64,000 nt of DNA. It comes from Eledone cirrhosa. Taxonomy: Eukaryota. Position numbers and translations under genes: made by a program. The notes under the pieces were generated by a model. It had not been told where the DNA came from. It searched no databases and worked only from the letters and a program-made list of their open reading frames with translations. Positions 39,501 to 54,867 of this stretch are shown piece by piece. The stretch is taken from positions 23,932,001-23,996,000 of the forward strand of contig OZ024753.1 of assembly GCA_964016885.1 (NCBI GenBank). Direction: 5' to 3'. The number at the start of each line of letters is the position of its first letter. The first letter of the stretch is position 1.

Positions 39501-42500
39501 AGAGAGAAATATGTGTGTGTGTAACTAGAGAGACGTGTCTATGTGTGTAAGTAGAGAGACGTGTGTGTGTGTGTAACTAGAGAGATGTGTGTGTGTTACT
39601 AGAGAGACATGTGTGTGTGTAACTAGAGAGACGTGTGTGTGTATGTTACTAGAGAGACGTGTGTGCGTAACTAGAGAGACGTGTGTGTGTAACTAGAGAC
39701 ACGCGTGTGTGTGTAACTAGAGAGACGTGTGTGTGTAACTAGAGAGACGTGTGTGTGTGTGTGTGTGTAACTAGAGAGACGTGTGTGTGTATGTTACTAG
39801 AGAGACATGTGTGTGTGTAACTTGAGAGACGTGTGTGTACGTAACTAGAGAGACGTGTGCGTTTGTTACTAGAGAGACGTCTATGTGTGTAACTAGAGAG
39901 ACGTGTGTGTGTGTGTCACTAGAGAGACGTGTATTTAACTAGAGAGACGTCTGTGTGTAACTAGAGAGACGTGTGATTGTAACTAGAGAGACGTGTGTGT
40001 GTGTGTGTGTAACTAGAGGGACGTGGGTGTGAAACTATAGACGTGTGTGTGTAACTAGAGAGACGTGTGTGTGTGTGTAACTAGAGAGACGTGTGTGTGT
40101 GTGTAACTAGAGAGACGTCTGTGTGTAACTAGAAAGACGTTTGTGTGTGTGTTACTAGAGAGACGTGTGTGTGTAACTTGAGAGACGTGTGTGTAACTAG
40201 AGAGACGTGTTTGTGTGTAACTAGAAAGACGTGTGTGTGTGTGTGTGTAACTAGAGAGACGTGTGTGTGTGTTACACGTCTCTCTAGTTACACACACACG
40301 TCTCTCTAGTTACACACACACACGTCTCTCCAGTTACACACACATGTCTCTCTAGTTACACACAGAGACGTGCGTGTGTGTAACTAGAGAGACCTGTGTG
40401 TGTGTAACTAGAGAGACGTGTGTGTAACTAGAGAGACGTGTGTGTAACTAGAGAGACATATGTGTGTGTGTAACTAGAGAGACGTGTGTGTGTGTGTAAT
40501 TAGAGAGAAATATGTGTGTGTGTAACTAGAGAGACGTGTGTGTGTGTGTGTAACTAGAGAGACGTGTATGTGTGTGTTACTAGAGAGACATGTGTGTGTG
40601 TAACTTGAGAGACGTGTGTGTATGTAACTAGAGAGACGTGTGTGTTTGTTACTAGAGAGACGTCTGTGTGTGTAACTAGAGAGACGTGTGTGTGTAACTA
40701 GAGAGACGTATGTGTGTGTGTGTGTGTGTAACTAGAGAGACGTGTGTGTGTAACTAGACATACGTGTGTGTGTGTGTAACTAGAGAGACGTGTGAGTGTA
40801 ACAAGAGAGATGTGTGTGTGTAACTAGAAAGACGTTTGTGTGTGTGTTACTAGAGAGACGTGTGTGTGTGTCACTAGAGAGACGTGTGTGTAACTAGAGA
40901 GACGTGTGTGTAAGTAGAGAGACATATGTGTGTGTGTAACTTGAGAGACGTGTGTGTGTGTGTAATTAGAGAGAAATATATGTGTGTGTAACTAGAGAGA
41001 CGTGTGTATGTGTGTAACTAGAGAGACGTGTGTGTGTGTGTTACTAGACAGACATGTGTGTGTGTAACTAGAGAGACGTGTGTGTGTATGTTACTAGAGA
41101 GACGTGTGTGCGTAACTACAGAGACGTGTGTGTGTAACTAGAGACACGCGTGTGTGTGTCACTAGAGAGACGTGTGTGTGTAACTAGAGAGACGTGTGTG
41201 TGTGTGTAACTAGAGAGACGTGTGTGTGTGTGTTACTAGAGAAACATGTGTGTGTGTAACTTGAGAGACGTGTGTGTATGTAACTAGAGAGACGTGAGTG
41301 TTTGTTACTAGAGAGACGTCTGTGTGTGTAACTAGAGAGACGTGTGTGTGTGTGTCACTAGAGAGACGTGTATTTAACTAGAGAGACGTCTGTGTGTAAC
41401 TAGAGAGACGTGTGTGTGTAACTAGAGAGACGTGTGTGTGTGTAACTAGAGAGACGTGTGTGTGTAACTATAGACGTGTGTGTGTAACTAGAGAGACGTG
41501 TGTGTGTGTGTAACTAGAGAGACGTGTGTGTGTGTGTAACTAGAGAGACGTGTGTCTGTGTGTAACTAGAGAGACGTGTGAGTGTAACTAGAGAGACGTG
41601 TGTGTGTAACTAAAAAGACGTTTGTGTGTGTGTTACTAGAGAGACGTGTGTGTGTAACTTGAGAGACGTGTGTGTAACTAGAGAGTCGTGTATGTGTGTA
41701 ACTAGAGAGACGTGTGTGTGTAACTAGAGAGACGTGTGTGTGTGTTACACGTCTCTCTAGTTACACACAGACACGTCTCTCTAGTTACACACACACACGT
41801 CTCTCTAGTTACACACACACACGTCTCTCTAGTTACACACACACATGTCTCTCTAGTTACACACACACAGAGACGTGTGTGTGTGTAACTAGAGAGACCG
41901 GTGTGTGTGTAACTAGAGAGACGTGTGTGTAACTAGAGAGACATATGTGTGTGTTTAACTAGAGAGACGTGTGTGTGTGTGTAATTAGAGAGAAATATGT
42001 GTGTGTGTAACTAGAGAGACGTGTGTGTGTGTGTAACTAGAGAGACGTGTGTGTGTGTGTTACTAGAGAGACATGTGTGTGTGTAACTTGAGAGACGTGT
42101 GTGTATGTAACTAGAGAGAGGTGTGTGTTTGTTACGAGAGAGACGTCTGTGTGTGTAACTAGAGAGACGTGTGTGTGTAACTAGAGAGACGTGTGTGTGT
42201 GTGTGTGTGTGTAACTAGAGAGACGGGTGTGTGTCACTAGAGAGACGTGTGTGTGTGTAACTAGAGAGACGTGTGTGTGTATGTAACTAGAGAGACGTGT
42301 AGGTGTAACTAGAGAGACGTGTGTATGTAACTAGAAAGACGTTTGTGTGTGTGTTACTAGAGAGACGTGTGTGTGTAACTTGAGAGACGTGTGTGTAACT
42401 AGAGAGACGTGTTTGTGTGTAACTAGAGAGATGTGTGTGTGTGTGTGTAACTAGAGAGATGTGTGTGTGTGTAACTAGAGAGACGTGTGTGTGTGTTACA

Positions 42501-44273
42501 CGTCTCTCTAGTTACACACACACACGTCTCTCTAGTTACACACACACACGTCTCTCTAGTTACACACACACATGTCTCTCTAGTTACACACACACACAGA
42601 CGTGTGTGTGTGTAACTAGAGAGACGTGTGTGTGTGTGTTACTAGAGCGACATGTGTGTGTGTAACTTGAGAGACGTGTGTGTATATAACTAGAGAGACG
42701 TGTGTGTTTGTTACTAGAGAGACGTCTGTGTGTGTAACTAGAGAGACGTGTGTGTGTGTGTGTCACTAGAGAGACGTGTATTTAACTAGAGAGACGTCTG
42801 TGTGTAACTAGAGAGACGTGTGTGTGTAACTAGAGAGACGTGTGTATGTGTGTGTGTAACTAGAGAGACGTGTGTGTGTAACTATAGACGTGTGTGTGTA
42901 ACTAGAGAGACGTGTGTGTGTGTGTAACTAGAGAGACGTGTGAGTGTAACTAGAGAGACGTGTGTGTGTAACTAGAAAGACGTTTGTGTGTGTGTTACTA
43001 GAGAGACGTGTTTGTGTAACTTGAGAGACGTGTGTGTAACTAGAGAGACGTGTTTGTGTGTAACTAGAGAGACGTGTGTGTTTGTTACTAGAGAGACGTC
43101 TGTGTGTGTAACTAGAGAGACGTGTTTTTAACTAGAGAGACGTCTTTGTGTAACTATAGAGACGTGTGTGTGTAACTAGGGAGACGTGTGTGTGTGTGTG
43201 TGTGTGTGTAACTAGAGAGACGTGTGTGTGTAACTAGACAGACGTGTGTGTGTGTGTAACTAGAGAGACGTGTGTGTGTGTGTAACTAGAGAGACGTGTG
43301 AGTGTAACAAGAGAGTCGTGTGTGTGTAACTAGAAAGACGTTTGTGTGTGTGTTACTAGAGAGACGTGTGTGTGTAACTTGAGAGACGTGTGTGTAACTA
43401 GAGAGACGTATTTGTGGGTAACTAGAGAGACGTGTGTGTGTGTGTGTGTAAGTAGAGAGACGTGTGTGTGTGTAACTAGAGAGACGTGTAACACACACAC
43501 ACGTCTCTCTAGTTACACACACACACGTCTCTCTAATTACACTCACACACGTCTCTCTAGTTACACACACACATGTCTCTCTAGTTACACACACACAGAG
43601 ACGTGTGTGTAAGTAGAGAGACATATGTGTGTGTAACTAGAGAGACGTGTGTGTGTGTGTAATTAGAGAGAAGTATGTGTGTGTGTAACTAGAGAGACGT
43701 GTGTATGTGTGTAACTAGAGAGACGTGTGTGTGTGTAACTAGAGAGACGTGTGTGTGTGTGTTACTAGACAGACATGTGTGTGTGTAACTAGAGAGACGT
43801 GTGTGTGTATGTTACTAGAGAGACGTGTGTGCGTAACTACAGAGACGTGTGTGTGTAACTAGAGACACGCGTGTGTGTGTCACTAGAGAGACGTGTGTGT
43901 GTAACTAGAGAGACGTGTGTGTGTGTGTAACTAGAGAGACGTGTGTGTGTGTAACTAGAGAGACGTGTGTGTTTGTTACTAGAGAGACGTCTGTGTGTGT
44001 AACTAGAGAGACGTGTGTGTGTAACTAGAGAGACGTATGTGTGTGTGTGTGTGTAACTAGAGAGACGTGTGTGTGTAACTAGACATACGTGTGTGTGTGT
44101 GTAACTAGAGAGACGTGTGTGTGTGTGTAACTAGAGAGACGTGTGAGTGTAACAAGAGAGATGTGTGTGTGTAACTAGAAAGACGTTTGTGTGTGTGTTA
44201 CTAGAGAGACGTGTGTGTGTAACTTGAGAGACGTGTGTGTAACTAGAGAGACGTATTTGTGTGTAACTAGAGA

Positions 44274-44304
<31 letters not shown>

Positions 44305-46401
44305 AAGTAGAGAGACGTGTGTGTGTGTAACTAGAGAGACGTGTAACACACACACTTCTCTCTAGTTACACACACACACGTCTCTCTAATTACACACACA
44401 CACGTCTCTCTAGTTACACACACACATGTCTCTCTAGTTACACACACACAGAGACGTGTGTGTGTGTAACTAGAGAGACATGTGTGTGTGTCACTAGAGA
44501 GACGTGTGTGTAACTAGAGAGACGTGTTTGTAAGTAGAGGGACATATGTGTGTGTGTAACTTGAGAGACGTGTGTGTGTGTGTAATTAGAGAGAAATATG
44601 TGTGTGTGTAACTAGAGAGACGTGTGTATGTGTGTAACTAGAGAGACGTGTGTGTGTGTGTTACTAGACAGACATGTGTGTGTGTAACTAGAGAGACGTG
44701 TGTGTGTATGTTACTAGAGAGACGTGTGTGCGTAACTACAGAGACGTGTGTGTGTAACTAGAGACACGCGTGTGTGTGTCACTAGAGAGACGTGTGTGTG
44801 TAACTAGAGAGACGTGTGTGTGTGTGTAACTAGAGAGACGTGTGTGTGTGTGTTACTAGAGAAACATGTGTGTGTGTAACTTGAGAGACGTGTGTGTATG
44901 TAACTAGAGAGACGTGTGTGTGTGTGTCACTAGAGAGACGTGTATTTAACTAGAGAGACGTCTGTGTGTAACTAGAGAGACTTGTTAGTGTAACTAGAGA
45001 GACGTGTGTGTGTGTAACTAGAGAGAGGTGTGTGTGTAACTATAGACGTGTGTGTGTAACTAGAGAGACGTGTGTGTGTGTGTAACTAGAGAGACGTGTG
45101 TGTGTGTGTAACTAGAGAGACGTGTGAGTGTAACTAGAGAGACGTGTGTGTAACTAGAGAGACATATGTGTGTGTTTAACTAGAGAGACGTGTGTGTGTG
45201 TGTAATTAGAGAGAAATATGTGTGTGTGTAACTAGAGAGACGTGTGTGTGTGTGTAACTAGAGAGACGTGTGTGTGTGTTACTAGAGAGACATGTGTGTG
45301 TGTAACTTGAGAGACGTGTGTGTATGTAACTAGAGAGAGGTGTGTGTTTGTTACTAGAGAGACGTCTGTGTGTGTAACTAGAGAGACGTGTGTGTGTAAC
45401 TAGAGAGACGTGTGTGTGTGTGTGTGTGTGTAACTAGAGAGACGGGTGTGTGTCACTAGAGAGACGTGTGTGTGTGTGTAACTAGAGAGACGTGTGTGTG
45501 TATGTAACTAGAGAGACGTGTAAGTGTAACTAGAGAGACGTGTGTATGTAACTAGAAAGACGTTTGTGTGTGTGTTACTAGAGAGACGTGTGTGTGTAAC
45601 TTGAGAGACGTGTGTGTAACTAGAGAGACGTGTTTGTGTGTAACTAGAGAGACGTGTGTGTGTGTGTAACTAGAGAGATGTGTGTGTGTGTAACTAGAGA
45701 GACGTGTGTGTGTGTTACGCGTCTCTCTAGTTACACACACACACGTCTCTCTAGTTACACACACACACGTCTCTCTAGTTACACACACACATGTCTCTCT
45801 AGTTACACACACACACAGACGTGTGTGTGTGTAACTAGAGAGAGGTGTGTGTGTGTGTTACTAGAGCGACATGTGTGTGTGTAACTTGAGAGACGTGTGT
45901 GTATACAACTAGAGAGACGTGTGTGTTTGTTACTAGAGAGACGTCTGTGTGTGTAACTAGAGAGACGTGTGTGTGTGTGTGTCACTAGAGAGACGTGTAT
46001 TTAACTAGAGAGACGTCTGTGTGTAACTAGAGAGACGTGTGTGTGTAACTAGAGAGACGTGTGTATGTGTGCGTGTAACTAGAGAGACGTGTGTGTGTAA
46101 CTATAGACGTGTGTGTGTAACTAGAGAGACGTGTGTGTGTGTGTAACTAGAGAGACGTGTGAGTGTAACTAGAGAGACGTGTGTGTGTAACTAGAAAGAC
46201 GTTTGTGTGTGTGTTACTAGAGAGACGTGTGTGTGTAACTTGAGAGACGTGTGTGTAACTAGAGAGACGTGTTTGTGTGTAACTAGAGAGACGTGTGTGT
46301 TTGTTACTAGAGAGACGTCTGTGTGTGTAACTAGAGAGACGTGTATTTAACTAGAGAGACGTCTGTGTGTAACTATAGAGACGTGTGTGTGTAACTAGAG
46401 A

Positions 46402-46448
<47 letters not shown>

Positions 46449-49400
46449 CTAGAGAGACGTGTGTGTGTAACTAGACAGACGTGTGTGTGTGTGTAACTAG
46501 AGAGACGTGTGTGTGTGTGTAACTAGAGAGACGTGTGAGTGTAACAAGAGAGTCGTGTGTGTGTAACTAGAAAGACGTTTGTGTGTGTGTTACTAGAGAG
46601 ACGTGTGTGTGTAACTTGAGAGACGTGTGTGTAACTAGAGAGACGTATTTGTGGGTAACTAGAGAGACGTGTGTGTGTGTGTGTGTGTGTAAGTAGAGAG
46701 ACGTGTGTGTGTGTAACTAGAGAGACGTGTAACACACACACACGTCTCTCTAGTTACACACACACACGTCTCTCTAGTTACACACACACATGTCTCTCTA
46801 GTTACACACACACAGAGACGTGTGTGTGTGTAACTAGAGAGACCTGTGTGTGTGTCACTAGAGAGACGTGTGTGTAACTAGAGAGACGTGTGTGTAAGTA
46901 GAGAGACATATGTGTGTGTAACTAGAGAGACGTGTGTGTGTGTGTAATTAGAGAGAAATATGTGTGTGTGTAACTAGAGAGACGTGTGTATGTGTGTAAC
47001 TAGAGAGACGTGTGTGTGTGTGTAACTAGAGAGACGTGTGTGTGTGTGTTACTAGACAGACATGTGTGTGTGTAACTAGAGAGACGTGTGTGTGTGTGTT
47101 ACTAGAGAGACGTGTGTGCGTAACTACACAGACGTGTGTGTGTAACTAGAGTCACGCGTGTGTGTGTCACTAGAGAGACGAGTGTGTGTAACTAGAGAGA
47201 CGTGTGTGTGTGTGTAACTAGAGAGACGTGTGTGTGTTTGTTACTAGAGAAACATGTGTGTGTGTGTAACTTGAGAGACGTGTGTGTATGTAACTAGAGA
47301 GACGTGTGTGTTTGTTACTAGAGAGACGTATGTGTGTGTAACTAGAGAGACGTGTGTGTGTGTGTCACTAGAGAGACGTGTATTTAACTAGAGAGACGTC
47401 TGTGTGTAACTAGAGAGACGTGTGGGTGTAACTAGAGAGACTTGTGTATGTGTAACTAGAGAGACGTGTGTGAGTAACTATAGACGTGTGTGTGTAACTA
47501 GAGAGACGTGTGTGTGTGTGTAACTAGAGAGGCGTGTGTGTGTGTGTAACTAGAGAGACGTGTGTGTGTGTGTGTAACTAGAGAGACGTGTGAGTGTAAC
47601 TAGAGAGACGTGTGTGTGTAACTAATAAGACGTTTGTGTGTGTGTTACTAGAGAGACGTGTGTCTGTAACTTGAGAGACGTGTGTGTAACTAGAGAGATG
47701 TGTTTCTGTGTAACTAGAGAGACGTGTGTGTGTGTTACACGTCTCTCTAGTTACACACAGACACGTCTCTCTAGTTACACACACACACGTCTGTCTAGTT
47801 ACACACACATATGTCTCTCTAGTTACACACACACAGAGACGTGTGTGTGTGTAACTAGAGAGACCGGTGTGTGTGTAACTAGAGAGACGTGTGTGTAACT
47901 AGAGAGACATATGTGTGCGTGTAACTAGAGAGAGGTGTGTGCGTGTGTAATTAGAGAGAAATATGTGTGTGTGTAACTAAAGAGACGTGTGTATGTGTGT
48001 AACTAGAGAGATGTGTGTGTGTGTGTGTGTAACTAGAGAGACGTATGTGTGTGTGTTACTAGAGCGACATGTGTGTGTAACTTGAGAGACGTGTGTGTAT
48101 ATAACTAGAGAGACGTGTGTGTTTGTTACAAGAGAGACGTCTGTGTGTGTAACTAGAGAGACGTGTGTGTGTGTCACTAGAGAGACGTGTATTTAACTAG
48201 AGAGACGTCTGTGTGTAACTAGAGAGACGTGTGTGTGTAACTAGAGAGACGTGTGTGTGTGTGTGTGTAACTAGAGAGACGTGTGTGTGTAACTATAGAC
48301 GTGTGTGTGTAACTAGAGAGACGTGTGTGTGTGTGTAACTAGAGAGACGTGTGTGTGTGTGTAACTAGAGAGACGTGTGAGTGTAACTAGAGAGACGTGT
48401 GTGTGTAACAAGAAAGACGTTTGTGTGTGTGTTACTAGAGAGACGTGTGTGTGTAACTTGAGAGACGTGTGTGTAACTAGAGAGACGTGTTTGTGTGTAA
48501 CTACAGAGACGTGTGTGTGTGTGTGTGTAACTAGAGAGATGTGTGTGTGTGTAACTAGAGAGACGTGTGTGTGTGTTACACGTCTCTCTAGTTACACACA
48601 CACACGTCTCTCTAGTTACACACACACATGTCTCTCTAGTTACACACACACACAGACGTGTGTGTGTGTAACTAGAGAGACCTGTGTGTGTGTAGCTAGA
48701 GAGACGTGTGTGTAACTAGAGAGACGTGTGTGTAAGTAGAGAGACATATGTGTGTGTGTAACTAGAGAGACGTGTGTGTGTGTAACTAGAGAGACGTGTG
48801 TGTGTGTGTAACTAGAGAGACGTGTGTGTGTGTGTAACTAGAGAGACGTGTGAGTGTAACTAGAGAGACGTGTGAGTGTAACTAGAGAGACGTGTGTGTG
48901 TAACTAAAAAGACGTTTGTGTGTGTGTTACTAGAGAGACGTGTGTGTGTAACTTGAGAGACGTGTGTGTAACTAGAGAGATGTGTTTGTGTGTAACTAGA
49001 GAGACGTGTGTGTGTGTGTGTAACTAGAGAGACGTGTTTGTGTGTTACACGTCTCTCTAGTTACACACAGACACGTCTCTCTAGTTACACACACACACGT
49101 CTCTCTAGTTACACACACACATGTCTCTCTAGTTACACAGAGACGTGTGTGTGTGTAACTAGAGAGACCGGTGTGTGTGTAACTAGAGAGACGTGTGTGT
49201 AACTAAAGAGACATATGTGTGTGTGTAACTAGAGAGACGTGTGTGTGTGTGTAATTAGAGAGAAATATGTGTGTGTAACTAGAGAGACGTGTGTGTGTGT
49301 GTAACTAGAGAGACGTGTGTGTGTGTGTTACTAGAGAGACGTGTGTGTTTGTTACTAGAGAGACGTCTGTGTGTGTAACTAGAGAGACGTGTGTGTGTAA

Positions 49401-52400
49401 CTAGGGAGACGTGTGTGTGTGTGTGTGTAACTAGAGAGACGTATGTGTGTAACTAGAGAGACGTGTGTGTGTGTGTAACTAGAGAGACGTGTGTATGTAA
49501 CTAGAGAGACGTGTGTATGTAACTAGAAAGACGTTTGTGTGTGTGTTACTAGAGAGACGTGTGTGTGTAACTTGAGAGACGTGTGTGTAACTAGAGAGAC
49601 GTGTTCGTGTGTAACTAGAGAGACGTGTGTGTGTGTGTGTGTAACTAGAGAGATGTGTGTGTGTGTAACTAGAGAGACGTGTGTGTGTGTGTGTTACACG
49701 TCTCTCTAGTTACACACACACACGTCTCTCTAGTTACACACACACACGTCTCTCTAGTTACACACACACATGTCTCTCTAGTTACACACACACAGAGACG
49801 TGTGTGTGTGTAACTAGAGAGACCTGTGTGTGTGTAACTAGAGAGACGTGTTTGTAACTAGAGAGACGTGTGTGTAACTAGAGAGACATATGTGTGTGTG
49901 TAACTAGAGAGAGGTGTGTGCGTGTGTAATTAGAGAGTAATATGTGTGTGTGTAACTAGAGAGACGTGTGTATGTGTGTAACTAGAGAGAGGTGTGTGTG
50001 TGTGTGTAACTAGAGAGACGTATGTGTGTGTGTTACTAGAGCGACATGTGTGTGTGTAACTTGAGAGACGTGTGTGTATATAACTAGAGAGACGTGTGTG
50101 TTTGTTACTAGAGAGACGTCTGTGTGTGTAACTAGAGAGACGTGTGTGTGTGTCACTAGAGAGACGTGTGTGTGTGTGTGTCACTAGAGAGACGTGTATT
50201 TAACTAGAGAGACGTCTGTGTGTAACTAGAGAGACGTGTGTTTTTGTGTGTAACTAGAGAGACGTGTGTGTGTAACTATAGACGTGTGTGTGTAACTAGA
50301 GAGACGTGTGTGTGTGTGTAACTAGAGAGACGTGTGTGTGTAACTAGAGAGACGTGTGAGTGTAACTAGAGAGACGTGTGTGGGTAACTAGAAAGACGTT
50401 TGTGTGTGTGTTACTAGAGAGACGTGTGTGTGTAACTTGAGAGACGTGTGTGTAACTAGAGAGACGTGTTTGTGTGTAACTAGAGAGACGTGTGTGTGTG
50501 TGTGTAACTAGAGAGATGTGTGTGTGTGTAACTAGAGAGACGTGTGTGTGTGTTACACGTCTCTCTAGTTACACACACACACGTCTCTCTAGTTACACAC
50601 ACACATGTCTCTCTAGTTACACACACACACAGACGTGTGTGTGTGTAACTAGAGAGACCTGTGTGTGTGTAACTAGAGAGACGTGTGTGTAACTAGAGAG
50701 ACGTGTGTGTAAGTAGAGAGACATATGTGTGTGTGTAACTAGAGAGACGTGTGTGTGTGTGTAACTAGAGAGACGTGTGTGTGTAACTAGAGAGACGTGT
50801 GTGTGTGTGTAACTAGAGAGACGTGTGAGTGTAACTAGAGAGACGTGTGTGTGTAACTAAAAAGACGTTTGTGTGTGTGTTACTAGAGAGACGTGTGTGT
50901 GTAACTTGAGAGACGTGTGTGTAACTAGAGAGATGTGTTTGTGTGTAACTAGAGAGACGTGTGTGTGTGTGTGCAACTAGAGAGACGTACTTGTGTGTTA
51001 CACGTCTCTCTAGTTACACACAGACACGTCTCTCTAGTTACACACACACACGTCTCTCTAGTTACACACACACATGTCTCTCTAGTTACACACACACAGA
51101 GACGTGTGTGTGTGTAACTAGAGAGACCGGTGTGTGTGTAACTAGAGAGACGTGTGTGTAACTAGAGAGACATATGTGTGTGTGTAACTAGAGAGACGTG
51201 TGTGTGTGTAATTAGAGAGAAATATGTGTGTGTAACTAGAGAGACGTGTGTGTGTGTGTAACTAGAGAGACGTGTGTGTGTGTGTTATTAGAGAGACGTG
51301 TGTGTTTGTTACTAGAGAGACGTCTGTGTGTGTAACTAGAGAGACGTGTGTGTGTAACTAGAGAGACGTGTGTGTGTGTGTGTGTAACTAGAGAGACGTA
51401 TGTGTGTAACTAGAGAGACGTGTGTGTGTGTGTAACTAGAGAGACGTGTAAGTGTAACTAGAGAGACGTGTGTATGTAACTAGAAAGACGTTTGTGTGTG
51501 TGTTACTAGAGAGACGTGTGTGTGTAACTTGAGAGACGTGTGTGTAACTAGAGAGACGTGTTTGTGTGTAACTAGAGAGACGTGTGTGTGTGTGTAACTA
51601 GAGAGACGTGTGTGTGTGTCACTAGAGAGACGAGTGTGTGTAACTAGAGAGACGTGTGTGTGTGTGTAACTAGAGAGACGTGTGTATGTAACTAGAGAGA
51701 CGTGTGTATGTAACTAGAAAGACGTTTGTGTGTGTGTTACTAGAGAGACGTGTGTGTGTAACTTGAGAGACGTGTGTGTAACTAGAGAGACGTGTTCGTG
51801 TGTAACTAGAGAGACGTGTGTGTGTGTGTGTGTAACTAGAGAGATGTGTGTGTGTGTAACTAGAGAGACGTGTGTGTGTGTGTTACACGTCTCTCTAGTT
51901 ACACACACACACGTCTCTCTAGTTACACACACACACGTCTCTCTAGTTACACACACACATGTCTCTCTAGTTACACACACACAGAGACGTGTGTGTGTGT
52001 AACTAGAGAGACCTGTGTGTGTGTAACTAGAGAGACGTGTTTGTAACTAGAGAGACGTGTGTGTAACTAGAGAGACATATGTGTGTGTGTAACTAGAGAG
52101 AGGTGTGTGCGTGTGTAATTAGAGAGTAATATGTGTGTGTGTAACTAGAGAGACGTGTGTATGTGTGTAACTAGAGAGAGGTGTGTGTGTGTGTGTAACT
52201 AGAGAGACGTATGTGTGTGTGTTACTAGAGCGACATGTGTGTGTGTAACTTGAGAGACGTGTGTGTATATAACTAGAGAGACGTGTGTGTTTGTTACTAG
52301 AGAGACGTCTGTGTGTGTAACTAGAGAGACGTGTGTGTGTGTCACTAGAGAGACGTGTGTGTGTGTGTGTCACTAGAGAGACGTGTATTTAACTAGAGAG

Positions 52401-54812
52401 ACGTCTGTGTGTAACTAGAGAGACGTGTGTTTGTGTGTGTAACTACAGAGACGTGTGTGTGTAACTATAGACGTGTGTGTGTAACTAGAGAGACGTGTGT
52501 GTGTGTGTAACTAGAGAGACGTGTGTGTGTAACTAGAGAGACGTGTGAGTGTAACTAGAGAGACGTGTGTGGGTAACTAGAAAGACGTTTGTGTGTGTGT
52601 TACTAGAGAGACGTGTGTGTGTAACTTGAGAGACGTGTGTGTAACTAGAGAGACGTGTTTGTGTGTAACTAGAGAGACGTGTGTGTGTGTGTGTAACTAG
52701 AGAGATGTGTGTGTGTGTAACTAGAGAGACGTGTGTGTGTGTTACACGTCTCTCTAGTTACACACACACACGTCTCTCTAGTTACACACACACATGTCTC
52801 TCTAGTTACACACACACACAGACGTGTGTGTGTGTAACTAGAGAGACCTGTGTGTGTGTAACTAGAGAGACGTGTGTGTAACTAGAGAGACGTGTGTGTA
52901 AGTAGAGAGACATATGTGTGTGTGTAACTAGAGAGACGTGTGTGTGTGTGTAACTAGAGAGACGTGTGTGTGTAACTAGAGAGACGTGTGTGTGTGTGTA
53001 ACTAGAGAGACGTGTGAGTGTAACTAGAGAGACGTGTGTGTGTAACTAAAAAGACGTTTGTGTGTGTGTTACTAGAGAGACGTGTGTGTGTAACTTGAGA
53101 GACGTGTGTGTAACTAGAGAGATGTGTTTGTGTGTAACTAGAGAGACGTGTGTGTGTGTGTGCAACTAGAGAGACGTACTTGTGTGTTACACGTCTCTCT
53201 AGTTACACACAGACACGTCTCTCTAGTTACACACACACACGTCTCTCTAGTTACACACACACATGTCTCTCTAGTTACACACACACAGAGACGTGTGTGT
53301 GTGTAACTAGAGAGACCGGTGTGTGTGTAACTAGAGAGACGTGTGTGTAACTAGAGAGACATATGTGTGTGTGTAACTAGAGAGACGTGTGTGTGTGTAA
53401 TTAGAGAGAAATATGTGTGTGTAACTAGAGAGACGTGTGTGTGTGTGTAACTAGAGAGACGTGTGTGTGTGTGTTATTAGAGAGACGTGTGTGTTTGTTA
53501 CTAGAGAGACGTCTGTGTGTGTAACTAGAGAGACGTGTGTGTGTAACTAGAGAGACGTGTGTGTGTGTGTGTGTAACTAGAGAGACGTATGTGTGTAACT
53601 AGAGAGACGTGTGTGTGTGTGTAACTAGAGAGACGTGTAAGTGTAACTAGAGAGACGTGTGTATGTAACTAGAAAGACGTTTGTGTGTGTGTTACTAGAG
53701 AGACGTGTGTGTGTAACTTGAGAGACGTGTGTGTAACTAGAGAGACGTGTTTGTGTGTAACTAGAGAGACGTGTGTGTGTGTGTGTGTAACTAGAGAGGT
53801 GTGTGTGTGTAACTAGAGAGACGTGTGTGTGTGTTACACGTCTCTCTAGTTACACACACACACGTCTCTCTAGTTACACACACACACGTCTCTCTAGTTA
53901 CACACACACATGTCTCTCTAGTTACACACACACAGAGACGTGTGTGTGTGTAACTAGAGAGACATGTGTGTGTGTAACTAGAGAGACGTGTTTGTAACTA
54001 GAGAGACGTGTGTGTAACTAGAGAGACATATGTGTGTGTGTAACTAGAGAGAGGTGTGTGCGTGTGTAATTAGAGAGAAATATGTGTGTGTGTAACTAGA
54101 GAGACGTGTGTATGTGTGTAACTAGAGAGATGTGTGTGTGTGTGTGTAACTAGAGAGACGTATGTGTGTGTGTTACTAGAGCGACATGTGTGTGTGTAAC
54201 TTGAGAGACGTGTGTGTATATAACTAGAGAGACGTGTGTGTTTGTTACTAGAGAGACGTCTGTGTGTGTAACTAGAGAGACGTGTGTGTGTGTCACTAGA
54301 GAGACGTGTGTGTATACAACTAGAGAGACGTGTGTGTTTGTTACTAGAGAGACGTCTGTGTGTGTAACTAGAGAGACGTGTGTGTGTGTGTGTCACTAGA
54401 GAGACGTGTATTTAACTAGAGAGACGTCTGTGTGTATCTAGAGAGACGTGTGTGTGTAACTAGAGAGACGTGTGTATGTGTGCGTGTAACTAGAGAGACG
54501 TGTGTGTGTAACTATAGACGTGTGTGTGTAACTAGAGAGACGTGTGTGTGTGTGTAACTAGAGAGACGTGTGAGTGTAACTAGAGAGACGTGTGTGTGTA
54601 ACTAGAAAGACGTTTGTGTGTGTGTTACTAGAGAGACGTGTGTGTGTAACTTGAGAGACGTGTGTGTAACTAGAGAGACGTGTTTGTGTGTAACTAGAGA
54701 GACGTGTGTGTTTGTTACTAGAGAGACGTCTGTGTGTGTAACTAGAGAGACGTGTATTTAACTAGAGAGACGTCTGTGTGTAACTATAGAGACGTGTGTG
54801 TGTAACTAGAGA

Positions 54813-54867
<55 letters not shown>

